Part shown: one piece after another, positions 31,158 to 40,346 of the stretch
How the letters are laid out: each line of letters opens with the position of its first letter
Position numbering within the stretch: position 1 is the first letter of the stretch
From: Patescibacteria group bacterium
GTDB taxonomy: Bacteria > Patescibacteriota > Microgenomatia > Levybacterales > UBA12049
Assembly: GCA_035946335.1 (NCBI GenBank)
Contig: DASYZL010000004.1
Span: 23,896 to 87,895 of the forward strand
Direction of reading: 5' to 3'
DNA length: 64,000 bases
The notes under the pieces: generated by a model
What the model was told of the DNA's origin: nothing
What the model saw: the letters and a program-made list of their open reading frames with translations, nothing else
Databases searched by the model: none
Position numbers and translations under genes: made by a program

Positions 31158-32726
31158 ATGATTGACGTAGAAGAAATACTTTATAGGCATGATGGTTCAG
31201 AAATTGCAAGAAAAGGAGATTTAGTTCTTAAAGCGTTCAAGCACCCGGAATTATTCCTTCCTGCGGACGAATCATTAGCTGAAGTAAACATTCCTTGGAT
31301 TATTTCAGAGGAACGCCATAATTTAATGGTTCTTTCTAAAAATCCAAATCCCCCAAGCATTTACTATGCTGCTAATACCGGTGCACTAGACTTTACGCCT
31401 GCGCTTGTTGATCCTCGTATCGATCCGCAAGAAGCAGAAGAAATGAGGGTGAATAATTATGTATATGCATTACGACCATTGGGACTACTTACTCCAAACG
31501 ATTTCCTTGTTTTTACTGAAGGCGATGAGGAATGGATGATAGATGCTTATGCAAGAGTAATGAAACCATCGATGGAATCGTTTGGTCTCAGTTTGCCACC
31601 AGAAGACCATCTTATACCAACTTCTAATGTAGAAAAATGGATACTGGAGCAGAACGGAAGTTTGGCTATATGTCCGAGTGTCCCACTTCCTTCTCATGTT
31701 GCAAGTTACGGAGAAAGTCAAGCTGATGCAGTAGGAAAATATCTGCGTACATTAGCATATAATATTGCAGGCACAAAAGAGAGAGCCCAGGAGTTCTTTC
31801 AAAGCATACTGACAGACCGATTTCCAGGAGGAATTCCAACACCTAAAACACAATATGTATATTATGATCCCCAAATACATAGTCCTGAGATGATTGCAAA
31901 TATAGTTCGGGATACTGAATTGGGAAAATATAAGTATCTTTTTATCAAATCTACCGATGGAAGATCAGGGGGAACTGGCAGCGTTGGCTCTCGGATTGAA
32001 GAGCTTGGAAAACACATCGCGTTATATCCAAATCCACAGAAGTTGCAATTTCAAAAGGGAATAAAGATTGCAAGCGGTCAAAACATATGCGTTTCAGCAA
32101 ATATTACACCTAATCAGGTATTTATCAATTCGCATACCGTTCAACGGATAAAACAGACCCCTGAAGGATATGCAAAACATGATGGAAATATATGGAGAAA
32201 GGGTTGGAGACATGGTGTTGGAATGCGCTCGGATATTTTAGAAACAGTATCTGCTGCACTGGATGCTTTACGGGTGGATGGTAGAATAGTCGGACCGGTA
32301 AATATTGATATGGCAGGCAGTAGATCGAAGCCGAGATCAGAAAGGAGAGGTTCAGTCATTATTCCTATTTGCGCATTTGTCATTGAAGTCAATGCGCGAG
32401 ATGCAGGCTCAAAGTTAGTCATAGAACCATTCCAAGATAAAAAAATAGACGACGAACCGATTGAAACAATTATGTCAAGAGCATCTGTAGAAATTCCAAA
32501 TGACAGTTTTCTCTCCCCAGATGGTTCACGTATTTTAGAATATACTCAGACAGATGCTCTTAAGGGAGAGAAAGAAGGTATGCAAATAGGCATTGTTGGA
32601 CCTAGCAGGAAGTATCCGGGATGTCGACCAAGAGCGGGCTTTGTTTTCAGCGGAACAGAAAATGTTAGCTTGGAAGATTTAGAAAATCTTGAGAAAAAAG
32701 TACTCAGTAAAATTGAGTCATGGTAA
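31158..32726 (+). CDS. Hypothetical protein with putative C-terminal ATP-grasp domain
   Basis: KYLFIKSTDGRSGGTGSVGSRIEEL (Lys plus Gly-rich loop) and GPVNIDMAG...AFVIEVNARDAGS (R/D...E-x-N) resemble ATP-grasp signatures; the roughly 270-aa N-terminal half is unassigned. Start set after the terminator; the ORF-track start at 31134 lies in the T-run. Confidence 0.5.
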   Translation: MIDVEEILYRHDGSEIARKGDLVLKAFKHPELFLPADESLAEVNIPWIISEERHNLMVLSKNPNPPSIYYAANTGALDFTPALVDPRIDPQEAEEMRVNNYVYALRPLGLLTPNDFLVFTEGDEEWMIDAYARVMKPSMESFGLSLPPEDHLIPTSNVEKWILEQNGSLAICPSVPLPSHVASYGESQADAVGKYLRTLAYNIAGTKERAQEFFQSILTDRFPGGIPTPKTQYVYYDPQIHSPEMIANIVRDTELGKYKYLFIKSTDGRSGGTGSVGSRIEELGKHIALYPNPQKLQFQKGIKIASGQNICVSANITPNQVFINSHTVQRIKQTPEGYAKHDGNIWRKGWRHGVGMRSDILETVSAALDALRVDGRIVGPVNIDMAGSRSKPRSERRGSVIIPICAFVIEVNARDAGSKLVIEPFQDKKIDDEPIETIMSRASVEIPNDSFLSPDGSRILEYTQTDALKGEKEGMQIGIVGPSRKYPGCRPRAGFVFSGTENVSLEDLENLEKKVLSKIESW

Positions 32727-32860
32727 GCTATTCACTACTGTACTGTTACAGGTCTCAAAACATATTCTCTGTATGTCACATGTAAACATAATCAAATAAT
32801 TTTCTCTTTTTCCTTTTTGAGCCTAACGTAATATTGGTTTTTCACATTATAATATGCAAT

Positions 32861-32911
32861 TTAGCTTCATTTTTTAATAAATTGACTCATATTTTATGAA
32901 AATGAAGCTAA
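32861..32911. promoter_or_regulatory. 13-bp perfect inverted repeat (TTAGCTTCATTTT / AAAATGAAGCTAA) with 23-nt spacer, upstream of a promoter
   Basis: Arms at 32861-32873 and 32899-32911, flanked by ATGCAATTT direct repeats; about 40-90 nt upstream of the predicted -35. Confidence 0.35.
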
Positions 32912-32947
32912 ATAGGCAAAAATGATGCAATTTTTACATTTTTCCTA

Positions 32948-32976
32948 TTGATTTTTTAAAAAACGTGCATTATACT
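32948..32976 (+). promoter_or_regulatory. Putative sigma70-like promoter TTGATT-N17-TATACT
   Basis: Near-consensus hexamers with 17-nt spacing; predicts a roughly 100-nt leader before the ATG at 33084. Confidence 0.4.
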
Positions 32977-33045
32977 ATACAGGTAAGATGATCTGTACGA
33001 AGCAACAAACTATCTTTCTTACGCTTGGACATACTCTTCGTTCAT

Positions 33046-33066
33046 GCAGCCGCAAGGCTGTTTTTT
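33046..33066 (+). terminator. Leader hairpin plus U-tract (candidate attenuator or riboswitch expression platform) about 25 nt upstream of the start codon
   Basis: CAGCC-GCAA-GGCTG (5-bp stem, GNRA loop, possible extension) followed by TTTTTT, then AAGGAGAG RBS and the ATG at 33084. Confidence 0.45.
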
Positions 33067-33083
33067 AATGTAAAGGAGAGAAT

Positions 33084-34733
33084 ATGGCAAGCGTAGAGAG
33101 AGCATCCACTGGACAAGGAAGAGAAGCATCAAATTTATCTGCAGTTGACTATGCCCGATTAGCGGCAGACGCTAAGCTGCGAATTGCAGATGCAGGAAAG
33201 ACGAAATCATCGCAACCAGAACTTACTCCTGAACAGCAAAATCATCTCCTGGTAAATCGCCCTGACTTTACGTTTGTTGATGGAAAACCACAATACACCA
33301 TCGATCAACCATTCTTTTGGTATTATCATAGTCCTGATCTCACCGTATATAAACCTTCTCCGCTTATGCATGCCGAGGTAAAAGGACACAATCTTCCTTT
33401 GGCGTTTGAGTATCTGACAAAAGTCACTGATGATGCAACACAACGAGATGTATATTATCGTGTTATCACCAAAGGCGTCCCCCTTGAGATTCAGGACTCC
33501 TTAGAGCAGGAAAATAACTCAACCTACTATGCATCAGAGGAGCTAAAAAAAGCCATGGATAAACTCCGAAAACAAAAATCACAACGGCGTTCTGCTACTC
33601 AGATATCAACTAATTGGTTTATGGAGAGAGAAGAGCATTATTACTTTGACAAGACAGGAAGATTAGAATGGCAAAATTCTGTTTTTAGCTCTGAAAATAA
33701 ACAAATAGTTCAACTTGTACATGTAGAACGGCTTGATCCAACTCGCACTATTGTTCCTGAAGATTTGCCAGACGAAGCGGCCATCCGGAGAACAATGCTG
33801 AAACTTAACCAACGGCTTAATCTTAACACAAATGAAAACGTTATTCAAAAAATGGCAATTCCTGAGACCGATCCGTTACCAAAGAATTTATCAGAGCAGA
33901 AACAGAAGGAAGAATTAGAAAGAAGGAAGCCGTTTGGTTTTCGGGGATGGAATGTATTTGAACAAAGGGAAATTCAAACGCCTTTTGCAACAAATAAGTT
34001 ATATACACTACGGCTGATGACTGAGCGTAATGGCACAAGGTTATTTATTAAGTTGCTTAGCGCTGAACCGCTTCGTGAAAAACTTCGTGAACTTGCTAAA
34101 AAAGATCAAGAGAGACCTGAAGGTTCTCGCGAATTTGATTTTATTCCAGTATCGGAAAATAAAAAGCTTGTTTCTCTTGAGAGGGTTTGTTCTTGTATGG
34201 GAGCGAGAAGAGGGTGCGATTGTTATGAACAAATGCCGGAACGAGTCGCAGCAACATTACGGGAGAATGGCGTTATGGTACTTCTGCAACTTGATCAAAG
34301 CATGGCTTATGGAGCACCTATAAATGCCTTAGAATACAAACAAGCAGCAATATTTACAAATACATTAGATACTGGCAAAGCACCTGGTAAGGCTGATAAA
34401 GTTTTTCATACTACAATGCCAATCAGAAAAGGGTGGTTTGGGGAAAATACTCCTAAAGATTTAACAGCCTATAAGGATATTGGCGAACTCATCATAAAAA
34501 TCTTCGGTCCACACCGAGAAAAAGAAGAATTTTATGAAATGATAACCGATAATGCAGCAAAACTCGGGTCAATCGAATCATGGGGATTAAAAGTAAAGCG
34601 GAGAAAAAGCGAGAAAGCAGATGCTGAAGTGAGAAAAGCAAAAGCAGAACACTTAGATTATCTTCCGCCAGATACGTCTCGTTCAAGACGAACTGGGACT
34701 ACGACACCATCAACATTTGCTTCAGCTGCATAA
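33084..34733 (+). CDS. Large hypothetical protein (549 aa) with CSC-x6-CDC cysteine cluster
   Basis: Strong RBS AAGGAGAG; no TM or signal peptide; VCSCMGARRGCDCYEQ possible metal-binding motif; Lys/Glu-rich C-terminus; slightly elevated GC. Confidence 0.6.
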   Translation: MASVERASTGQGREASNLSAVDYARLAADAKLRIADAGKTKSSQPELTPEQQNHLLVNRPDFTFVDGKPQYTIDQPFFWYYHSPDLTVYKPSPLMHAEVKGHNLPLAFEYLTKVTDDATQRDVYYRVITKGVPLEIQDSLEQENNSTYYASEELKKAMDKLRKQKSQRRSATQISTNWFMEREEHYYFDKTGRLEWQNSVFSSENKQIVQLVHVERLDPTRTIVPEDLPDEAAIRRTMLKLNQRLNLNTNENVIQKMAIPETDPLPKNLSEQKQKEELERRKPFGFRGWNVFEQREIQTPFATNKLYTLRLMTERNGTRLFIKLLSAEPLREKLRELAKKDQERPEGSREFDFIPVSENKKLVSLERVCSCMGARRGCDCYEQMPERVAATLRENGVMVLLQLDQSMAYGAPINALEYKQAAIFTNTLDTGKAPGKADKVFHTTMPIRKGWFGENTPKDLTAYKDIGELIIKIFGPHREKEEFYEMITDNAAKLGSIESWGLKVKRRKSEKADAEVRKAKAEHLDYLPPDTSRSRRTGTTTPSTFASAA

Positions 34734-34760
34734 TTTTCTTTTTCCATTTCCTAAAAGAAC

Positions 34761-35285
34761 ATGTATACTATTTTTATGCTTCTTTCTCACGATGCAATTG
34801 TGGCTGCTTTACAAAAAGGCATTATCAAAATTTCTCCCACAATAGGGGATTCACAAATTGGCGGAGCATCTGTGGATTTACGATTGAGCAACATGTTTCG
34901 TATTTTTAAAAAAGTGAATAGCAATATTCCGGTTTTATCAACAACAGATTACAAAAACTATACTCAAGAAGTGCAGGCAGATACTTTTCTTTTATCTCCA
35001 CAGCAAACCATTCTTGGCATTACTCTGGAGAAAATTACTCTACCTGAGGACATCTGCGCATGGATTGAGGGACGAAGCCGGTTTGCCCGTTTGGGACTTT
35101 TGATTCATATTTCGGCAGGACTTATCCAACCTGGAGTAGATAACCAGCAGGTTCTGGAGATGACTAACCTTGGACCAAATTCCCTGGAGCTTCATGCGGG
35201 AGAATGTATCTGCCAGCTTGTTTTTCAGCGGGTTGAGGGAAAATCAACATATAAGGGCTTGTTCGCAAAACAGACTGCTCCGTAA
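34761..35285 (+). CDS. dcd: dCTP deaminase family protein
   Basis: GGASVDLRLSNMF...LGLLIHISAGLIQPGV...GECICQLVF dUTPase-like jelly-roll signatures. Confidence 0.8.
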   Translation: MYTIFMLLSHDAIVAALQKGIIKISPTIGDSQIGGASVDLRLSNMFRIFKKVNSNIPVLSTTDYKNYTQEVQADTFLLSPQQTILGITLEKITLPEDICAWIEGRSRFARLGLLIHISAGLIQPGVDNQQVLEMTNLGPNSLELHAGECICQLVFQRVEGKSTYKGLFAKQTAP

Positions 35286-35336
35286 GTTCTTCCTTGCTTT
35301 TTCTTTGAGGCTTAATTATACTACTCATAGTTCGTT

Positions 35337-35885
35337 ATGAGCTACCTCACCAAGGACAGCATTGACAAAACGCTTCAGGAAAAAATTAGTGTGCAAGATT
35401 ACTCCAAAAAACCGGTAATTGCGGGTGTGCAAGTAAAAGAGATCAAAAATATGGCAGGGGAGGATGGTGATTTTTCCGAACTTATCCGCCTTACGGAAAC
35501 AGGCGAAATAGAGGGATTTGCGGGTTTTCAGTTACGGCAAGTTAATCGCTCAAAAATGATGCCAGGCGCAATCAAAGCATGGCATCTGCATTACAAGCAG
35601 GATGAAATCCAGACAGTCAGACCGGAAGATCATCTGGTTGTCGGCTTATGGGATATTCGGGAAGAATCCGCGACAAAAGGACTCACCATGAAATTGGTTT
35701 TGGGAGGAGGGAAGTCGCACTTGTTACTCATTCCCAAAGGAGTTGCTCATGGTTACATGAATGTATCTTCGAAACCGGTAACTGTTTTATACTTTGTCAG
35801 TGAGCAATTTTTACTGGAAGATCCGGATGAAAGACGTCTCCCTTGGGACAGTATAAAGGGATTTTGGGAAGTATCTCACGAGTAA
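35337..35885 (+). CDS. RmlC-like cupin (dTDP-sugar 3,5-epimerase/isomerase family)
   Basis: AWHLHYKQDEIQTV...LLLIPKGVAHGYMNVSSKPVTVLYFVSEQF fits the dTDP-4-dehydrorhamnose 3,5-epimerase pattern. Confidence 0.5.
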   Translation: MSYLTKDSIDKTLQEKISVQDYSKKPVIAGVQVKEIKNMAGEDGDFSELIRLTETGEIEGFAGFQLRQVNRSKMMPGAIKAWHLHYKQDEIQTVRPEDHLVVGLWDIREESATKGLTMKLVLGGGKSHLLLIPKGVAHGYMNVSSKPVTVLYFVSEQFLLEDPDERRLPWDSIKGFWEVSHE

Positions 35886-35887
35886 AC

Positions 35888-36604
35888 ATGAAATCAATTA
35901 TCGTTGTTGCTGTTATTTTCCTCTGCCTTTTTCTCTATACAAAATTTGCCGGACCAATACCTTTTTTTGTTAATGAAATTCAGACAACAAAAACAAATCT
36001 TTTTCAAGTTGATGGAGAAGGGAGGGCAACTGCAGTTCCTGACTCAGCAACTGTCTCATTCGGTGTTACTCAAAATGCAGCAACTGTCACCTCTGCGCAA
36101 AATCAGGTAAATACTGTTATAACAACAATTACCAATAAATTGCAGCAGCTTGGCATTCAGGCAAACGATATTCAAACAACAAATTACTCCCTTAACCCAA
36201 ACTATAACGACAATCAAAATATTACCGGTTACTCAGTGACGCAAAATGTTACTATCCATGTTTTATCAATTGATCAGGTTAATCAAGCTATTGACACAAT
36301 AACTTTAAACGGCGCAAATCTTGTCGGACAAATTGCATTTGGGTTTTCTGACACGTTGCAAAAAAAGTTGGAAAATCAGGCACGCCAGGAAGCAGTGGCA
36401 GCGGCAAAAGAAAAAGCGCAGAATCTTGCAGACGCTACGGGAATTCATTTGGGAAATATCGTTGACGTGAGCGAGAACAATAATAGTGTCCAACCACCTC
36501 GACCGCTGGCGGTTGTACAAAGCACAAACGCTGTTCCAACTAATGTGACATCTGGAGAAAATACTATAGATATTGCGGTAACACTCTCATACCAGACCTA
36601 CTAA
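35888..36604 (+). CDS. SIMPL-domain (DUF541/BP26-like) membrane-anchored protein
   Basis: N-terminal TM helix and FSDTLQKKLENQARQEAVAAAKEKAQNLA SIMPL signature; start set at the ATG at 35888, after the upstream stop. Confidence 0.75.
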   Translation: MKSIIVVAVIFLCLFLYTKFAGPIPFFVNEIQTTKTNLFQVDGEGRATAVPDSATVSFGVTQNAATVTSAQNQVNTVITTITNKLQQLGIQANDIQTTNYSLNPNYNDNQNITGYSVTQNVTIHVLSIDQVNQAIDTITLNGANLVGQIAFGFSDTLQKKLENQARQEAVAAAKEKAQNLADATGIHLGNIVDVSENNNSVQPPRPLAVVQSTNAVPTNVTSGENTIDIAVTLSYQTY

Positions 36605-36605
36605 G

Positions 36606-37418
36606 CTACTCTCCTCCAAAAAGTCTTCTTATCCAATGCTTCAGTCGCTGCCAAAGCGACGGGTGTTCTTCTACGCCTTCAACATGTACTATTTGAGGTT
36701 GTTCTCTCGCTACTTCTGGTTTTATTTGTCCGCTGTCTAACATAGAAAATACTAATTTCAGAGTGCCATCGAAAAATGCGTTTGCTGGTACATTTTCTTT
36801 CGTTAAGCCGTAAATTTCTTTCAGAGAATACCAGTGGTAACTATCTTCTTTTCCTGTTATATCAACTTTTTCTTTATCAATTAACTCAACTCCAAGCCGA
36901 ACACGACCTTTTACAATCCGTTGCGGATCAGCAGGTTCTGCAAATGAATAGTGCGAAGGATGTTTGGTAAATTCTATAAATGGAATGCCACCATCACGGT
37001 TTGCCAAATTTGTATAACTTGTCTGAATCGTTGCACCAAGCTCCGAATCGCCAATATCATTCCTATAATTCACCAACAGTTGTCCTGTTTTTCTATCAAC
37101 CAACATGATACCAACTCCTGCTCGTTTTTGAGGATCCGTTGTTGCTGGCTCCTGTTTGATCGCGGGCTGCACATGTGATCCTTCTTTTTTTAACCCGACA
37201 ACATCAAAAAATTTTCTATCACCAGTGCCACCAATGTGGCCTAAATCACTGACGGGATCAGATGCGCTCATCACAGCACCTTGCTTATTAAATGCCTGCC
37301 ATCCTTTTCCAAATGTATCGCTCAAAGGAACTTCTGTTGTTCCTGGAGGAAGATTACCCGCATCACCAGCTTGTATTCCTTCACGAAACCTTGCTGGAAG
37401 TTCTGAAATTCCCGGCAT
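36606..37418 (-). CDS. Hypothetical protein
   Basis: 270-aa ORF of elevated GC convergent with the SIMPL gene (1-nt gap); no recognised motifs. Confidence 0.5.
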   Translation of the reverse strand: MPGISELPARFREGIQAGDAGNLPPGTTEVPLSDTFGKGWQAFNKQGAVMSASDPVSDLGHIGGTGDRKFFDVVGLKKEGSHVQPAIKQEPATTDPQKRAGVGIMLVDRKTGQLLVNYRNDIGDSELGATIQTSYTNLANRDGGIPFIEFTKHPSHYSFAEPADPQRIVKGRVRLGVELIDKEKVDITGKEDSYHWYSLKEIYGLTKENVPANAFFDGTLKLVFSMLDSGQIKPEVAREQPQIVHVEGVEEHPSLWQRLKHWIRRLFGGE

Positions 37419-37463
37419 AATTATTAATTATATCTTATAGTAGTCAAAGAGGCAAATTTAGCA

Positions 37464-38420
37464 TTAATGCTTGTTCCCGCTATGGAAACTCTTATGTACT
37501 TCTCTCAATTGTTTATTGGTTATGTGGGTATAGATTTGGGTTGTCGCAATATTTTTGTGTCCGAGCATTTCCTGAACAGAACGCAAATCAGCCCCGTTTG
37601 TTAATAAATCCGTTGCAAATGAATGTCTTAGCGTATGAACTGTTGCATCAATGGGAATTCGTGCATGTTTTACCTGTTTTTTTACCATCCGCTCAATCGA
37701 GCGGGGAGTGAGCCGCATTTTTTCTCCGTTATTTTCTTCATCTTTTCTTCCGGAATAGCGGATAAAAAGGGGTTTGAAGCTATCTTTTCGCTCATTCAGA
37801 TACATTGCAATCCAATCTGCAGCTCTATCTGAAATAAATACAATACGTGCCCGTCCACCCTTACCGATAACACCGAATTCTTTCCGCTCTAAATTCACCT
37901 GTTCATGGTTTAATTTACAAAGCTCTGAAACCCGAAGACCAGTTGAGAATAAGAGTTCGAGTATTGCGCGATCCCTAATACCTTCCTCTTTAGATGTATC
38001 AACACTTGTTACAAGGCGTTCAACCTGTTCCCGTTCCAGAAATTTTAGGCTCCTGCTTTCTGTTTTTGGTAAATCGATTTTTGATGGTTCAAGGGTAGGA
38101 AAGTCATTCTTGATAAGGAACCGTAGAAACGAACGAAGCGCAATCACATAGTAGTTTTGTGTCACCCGTTTTAACGTTAATCCTTTATCGTCAACTTTAT
38201 TTGCCAGATAACCACGATATTTTCGTACAGTTGCTATATCCAGATCTTTCAAACTTTTTCCTGGCAGGGTGGAGGAGAACCAGACAGCAAATATCTCCAG
38301 ATAGTGCTGGTAATCCCGAATAGTCAGTTTGCTTGCATTTTTTTCAATAGAAAGGTATTCGAGAAACTGGTTAATCTGCGTAATAAGTTGTTCTTGTTGA
38401 AGAGAGAGTGATGCAACCAC
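37464..38420 (-). CDS. xerC: Tyrosine recombinase XerC/XerD
   Basis: N-terminal core-binding domain, R...HTLRHSFATDLL...LGH...TQIYTH catalytic RHR-Y signature. Confidence 0.9.
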   Translation of the reverse strand: MVASLSLQQEQLITQINQFLEYLSIEKNASKLTIRDYQHYLEIFAVWFSSTLPGKSLKDLDIATVRKYRGYLANKVDDKGLTLKRVTQNYYVIALRSFLRFLIKNDFPTLEPSKIDLPKTESRSLKFLEREQVERLVTSVDTSKEEGIRDRAILELLFSTGLRVSELCKLNHEQVNLERKEFGVIGKGGRARIVFISDRAADWIAMYLNERKDSFKPLFIRYSGRKDEENNGEKMRLTPRSIERMVKKQVKHARIPIDATVHTLRHSFATDLLTNGADLRSVQEMLGHKNIATTQIYTHITNKQLREVHKSFHSGNKH

Positions 38421-38537
38421 AATTATATTGTGCGACGTGATATCGCTTTTGTCAAGGACTCAGCAGCATTGCATTTATCTTGTCGTCGTGGTATTTTGTA
38501 TGCTCTTAACTGCTCTTTGAAAGCAGTCATTATTTTT

Positions 38538-40337
38538 ATGACACAGGAAGGAAATGATAGCAATAGAATACCAGAGAGCATTGGAGGAAATGAATTCCTG
38601 CATCTTTTGGCTGTACAAACAAGAGAAGTTCTCCCATATCTCAACCTGCGAGACGCGCAGGGAAATCTTGTCGATATTGCACAAATTGACGCAACTGAGC
38701 AATCAGAAGTTATTTATTCTTTGATTGGTAACTATATTTTTGACAGAGGTCTTTTACACCCTCCTCAGAATATTTCTATTCCATCCCGTTTTCAATCGGT
38801 TACAGAAGAGATGAGAAGACATGTGCAGGCACAACGAGAGCCACTTTCAGTTTTGAACCCCTCACTGCTTTACCGATTTCTTTCTGCTGGAGGAAAAATT
38901 GAAGGAGATTTTGACATCCGGCAACTCGACGTAGCAAACGGAGTCAGCATTGAAATCGGAGATTTACTACTACACGATATTAACTCAAGCGTAATCAAGA
39001 ACCTTGGAAATAATCATTATATTTTTCGTTATTACGGTGATTCATTTACTGTTGCCAGAATAGGAAATGGAACACCACCCTCACCCGAAACAATCGCAGC
39101 ATATGCACAACAAGCACGGGCTATTTTTCCTTCAAGTGAAAATTCACTTCAGTTAGTATTTGAAGCGAGAGGGGTAGAACCGGGGACAGGAGAAAAAATA
39201 CCGCTATACCTTCTAGAGCGTCCTGATTTTATCGAACTTTCACATGGACAACGTATACAACGATTAATACGTTTTCATCCAGCCGTAGAAAGAGATTTAG
39301 CGATAATTAATAGCATTATAGGAGAGGGGAGTACCAGCGTACAGCAAGCATTACTAAAACTGATAGAGGATGCATTATACGATCCAAAACTCGAGGCGCT
39401 TGCAAGAAAAAAATCTCTCGAGTTAGGAATTAATGTATTTTACCATGGGAACCGTGATAATTTTTTGGATTATCTTCATAGCATAAGACAACCAGTGTGG
39501 ATAAACCGCTATGATGCGCCTGGATTAAAAGAAATTAACGATAATTCTCGCTTTGGTCCAAAATTTGGTGATGATTTCATACTTACAAATATTGATATCA
39601 CGACAGATGCAATTGCGGAATTGTTTCGCGAACATCATGGGGAGCCTTACGACAGACAACTAAGAGATATAGATGAAGTCAGGCTCTGGATCAATGCAGA
39701 CGATTTTTTCCAACCTCTTCCTTCTCGGATTGAACAACTGGATCAACAAAGCCGCAAGCAGGTTATCGAGGCGCTTATGCTGCGTGTTACAAGCAGACTT
39801 GCGCGAAAATATCAATTACAGAATTCAAGAACAAATACATCGATGACTATTCCTGTTATATCAAGCGCAGACCATCGACGATTTGCACCGACAGAAGGTG
39901 AAAGTTTTATTGCATATCTTGGATTATCTCGAGCTTCAGTAATGAAATCAAATAGCGTAAAATATAAAAATAGTTACTATGATTATTATGAAAACCCATT
40001 AAGTATTCCTACAGATTATATTTTGTATCTTGCAACATATTTTGCTCCAAATGAGAGAGGACTCTCCCGCACAAGAGCAATGGGAATACCAAAAAAATTG
40101 TGTGACTATCTATGGAATGCTTGTTACCCAAGGGGAGCGTTTAATACAAAGGATTTTGAATTAAGCACAGATCCATCCAGTTCCCATTATATTAATCCTG
40201 CGTTATTCATGGAATATATGAAGCCAATTTTTGACCATGTACCAACGAGAAGAGGAAAAAGTAGTATTTCGGACTTATTGAATACAGCAAAGGAATTTGT
40301 CGAACAAAGAGTATCAAAAGCAAGGATAAGAAGGTAA
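38538..40337 (+). CDS. Large hypothetical protein (600 aa)
   Basis: Clean 600-aa frame; start placed at the ATG at 38538, leaving a 117-bp divergent intergenic region with xerC (the ORF-track start at 38430 abuts xerC); no TM helix and no recognisable motif. Confidence 0.6.
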   Translation: MTQEGNDSNRIPESIGGNEFLHLLAVQTREVLPYLNLRDAQGNLVDIAQIDATEQSEVIYSLIGNYIFDRGLLHPPQNISIPSRFQSVTEEMRRHVQAQREPLSVLNPSLLYRFLSAGGKIEGDFDIRQLDVANGVSIEIGDLLLHDINSSVIKNLGNNHYIFRYYGDSFTVARIGNGTPPSPETIAAYAQQARAIFPSSENSLQLVFEARGVEPGTGEKIPLYLLERPDFIELSHGQRIQRLIRFHPAVERDLAIINSIIGEGSTSVQQALLKLIEDALYDPKLEALARKKSLELGINVFYHGNRDNFLDYLHSIRQPVWINRYDAPGLKEINDNSRFGPKFGDDFILTNIDITTDAIAELFREHHGEPYDRQLRDIDEVRLWINADDFFQPLPSRIEQLDQQSRKQVIEALMLRVTSRLARKYQLQNSRTNTSMTIPVISSADHRRFAPTEGESFIAYLGLSRASVMKSNSVKYKNSYYDYYENPLSIPTDYILYLATYFAPNERGLSRTRAMGIPKKLCDYLWNACYPRGAFNTKDFELSTDPSSSHYINPALFMEYMKPIFDHVPTRRGKSSISDLLNTAKEFVEQRVSKARIRR

Positions 40338-40346
40338 ATTGTTCAG

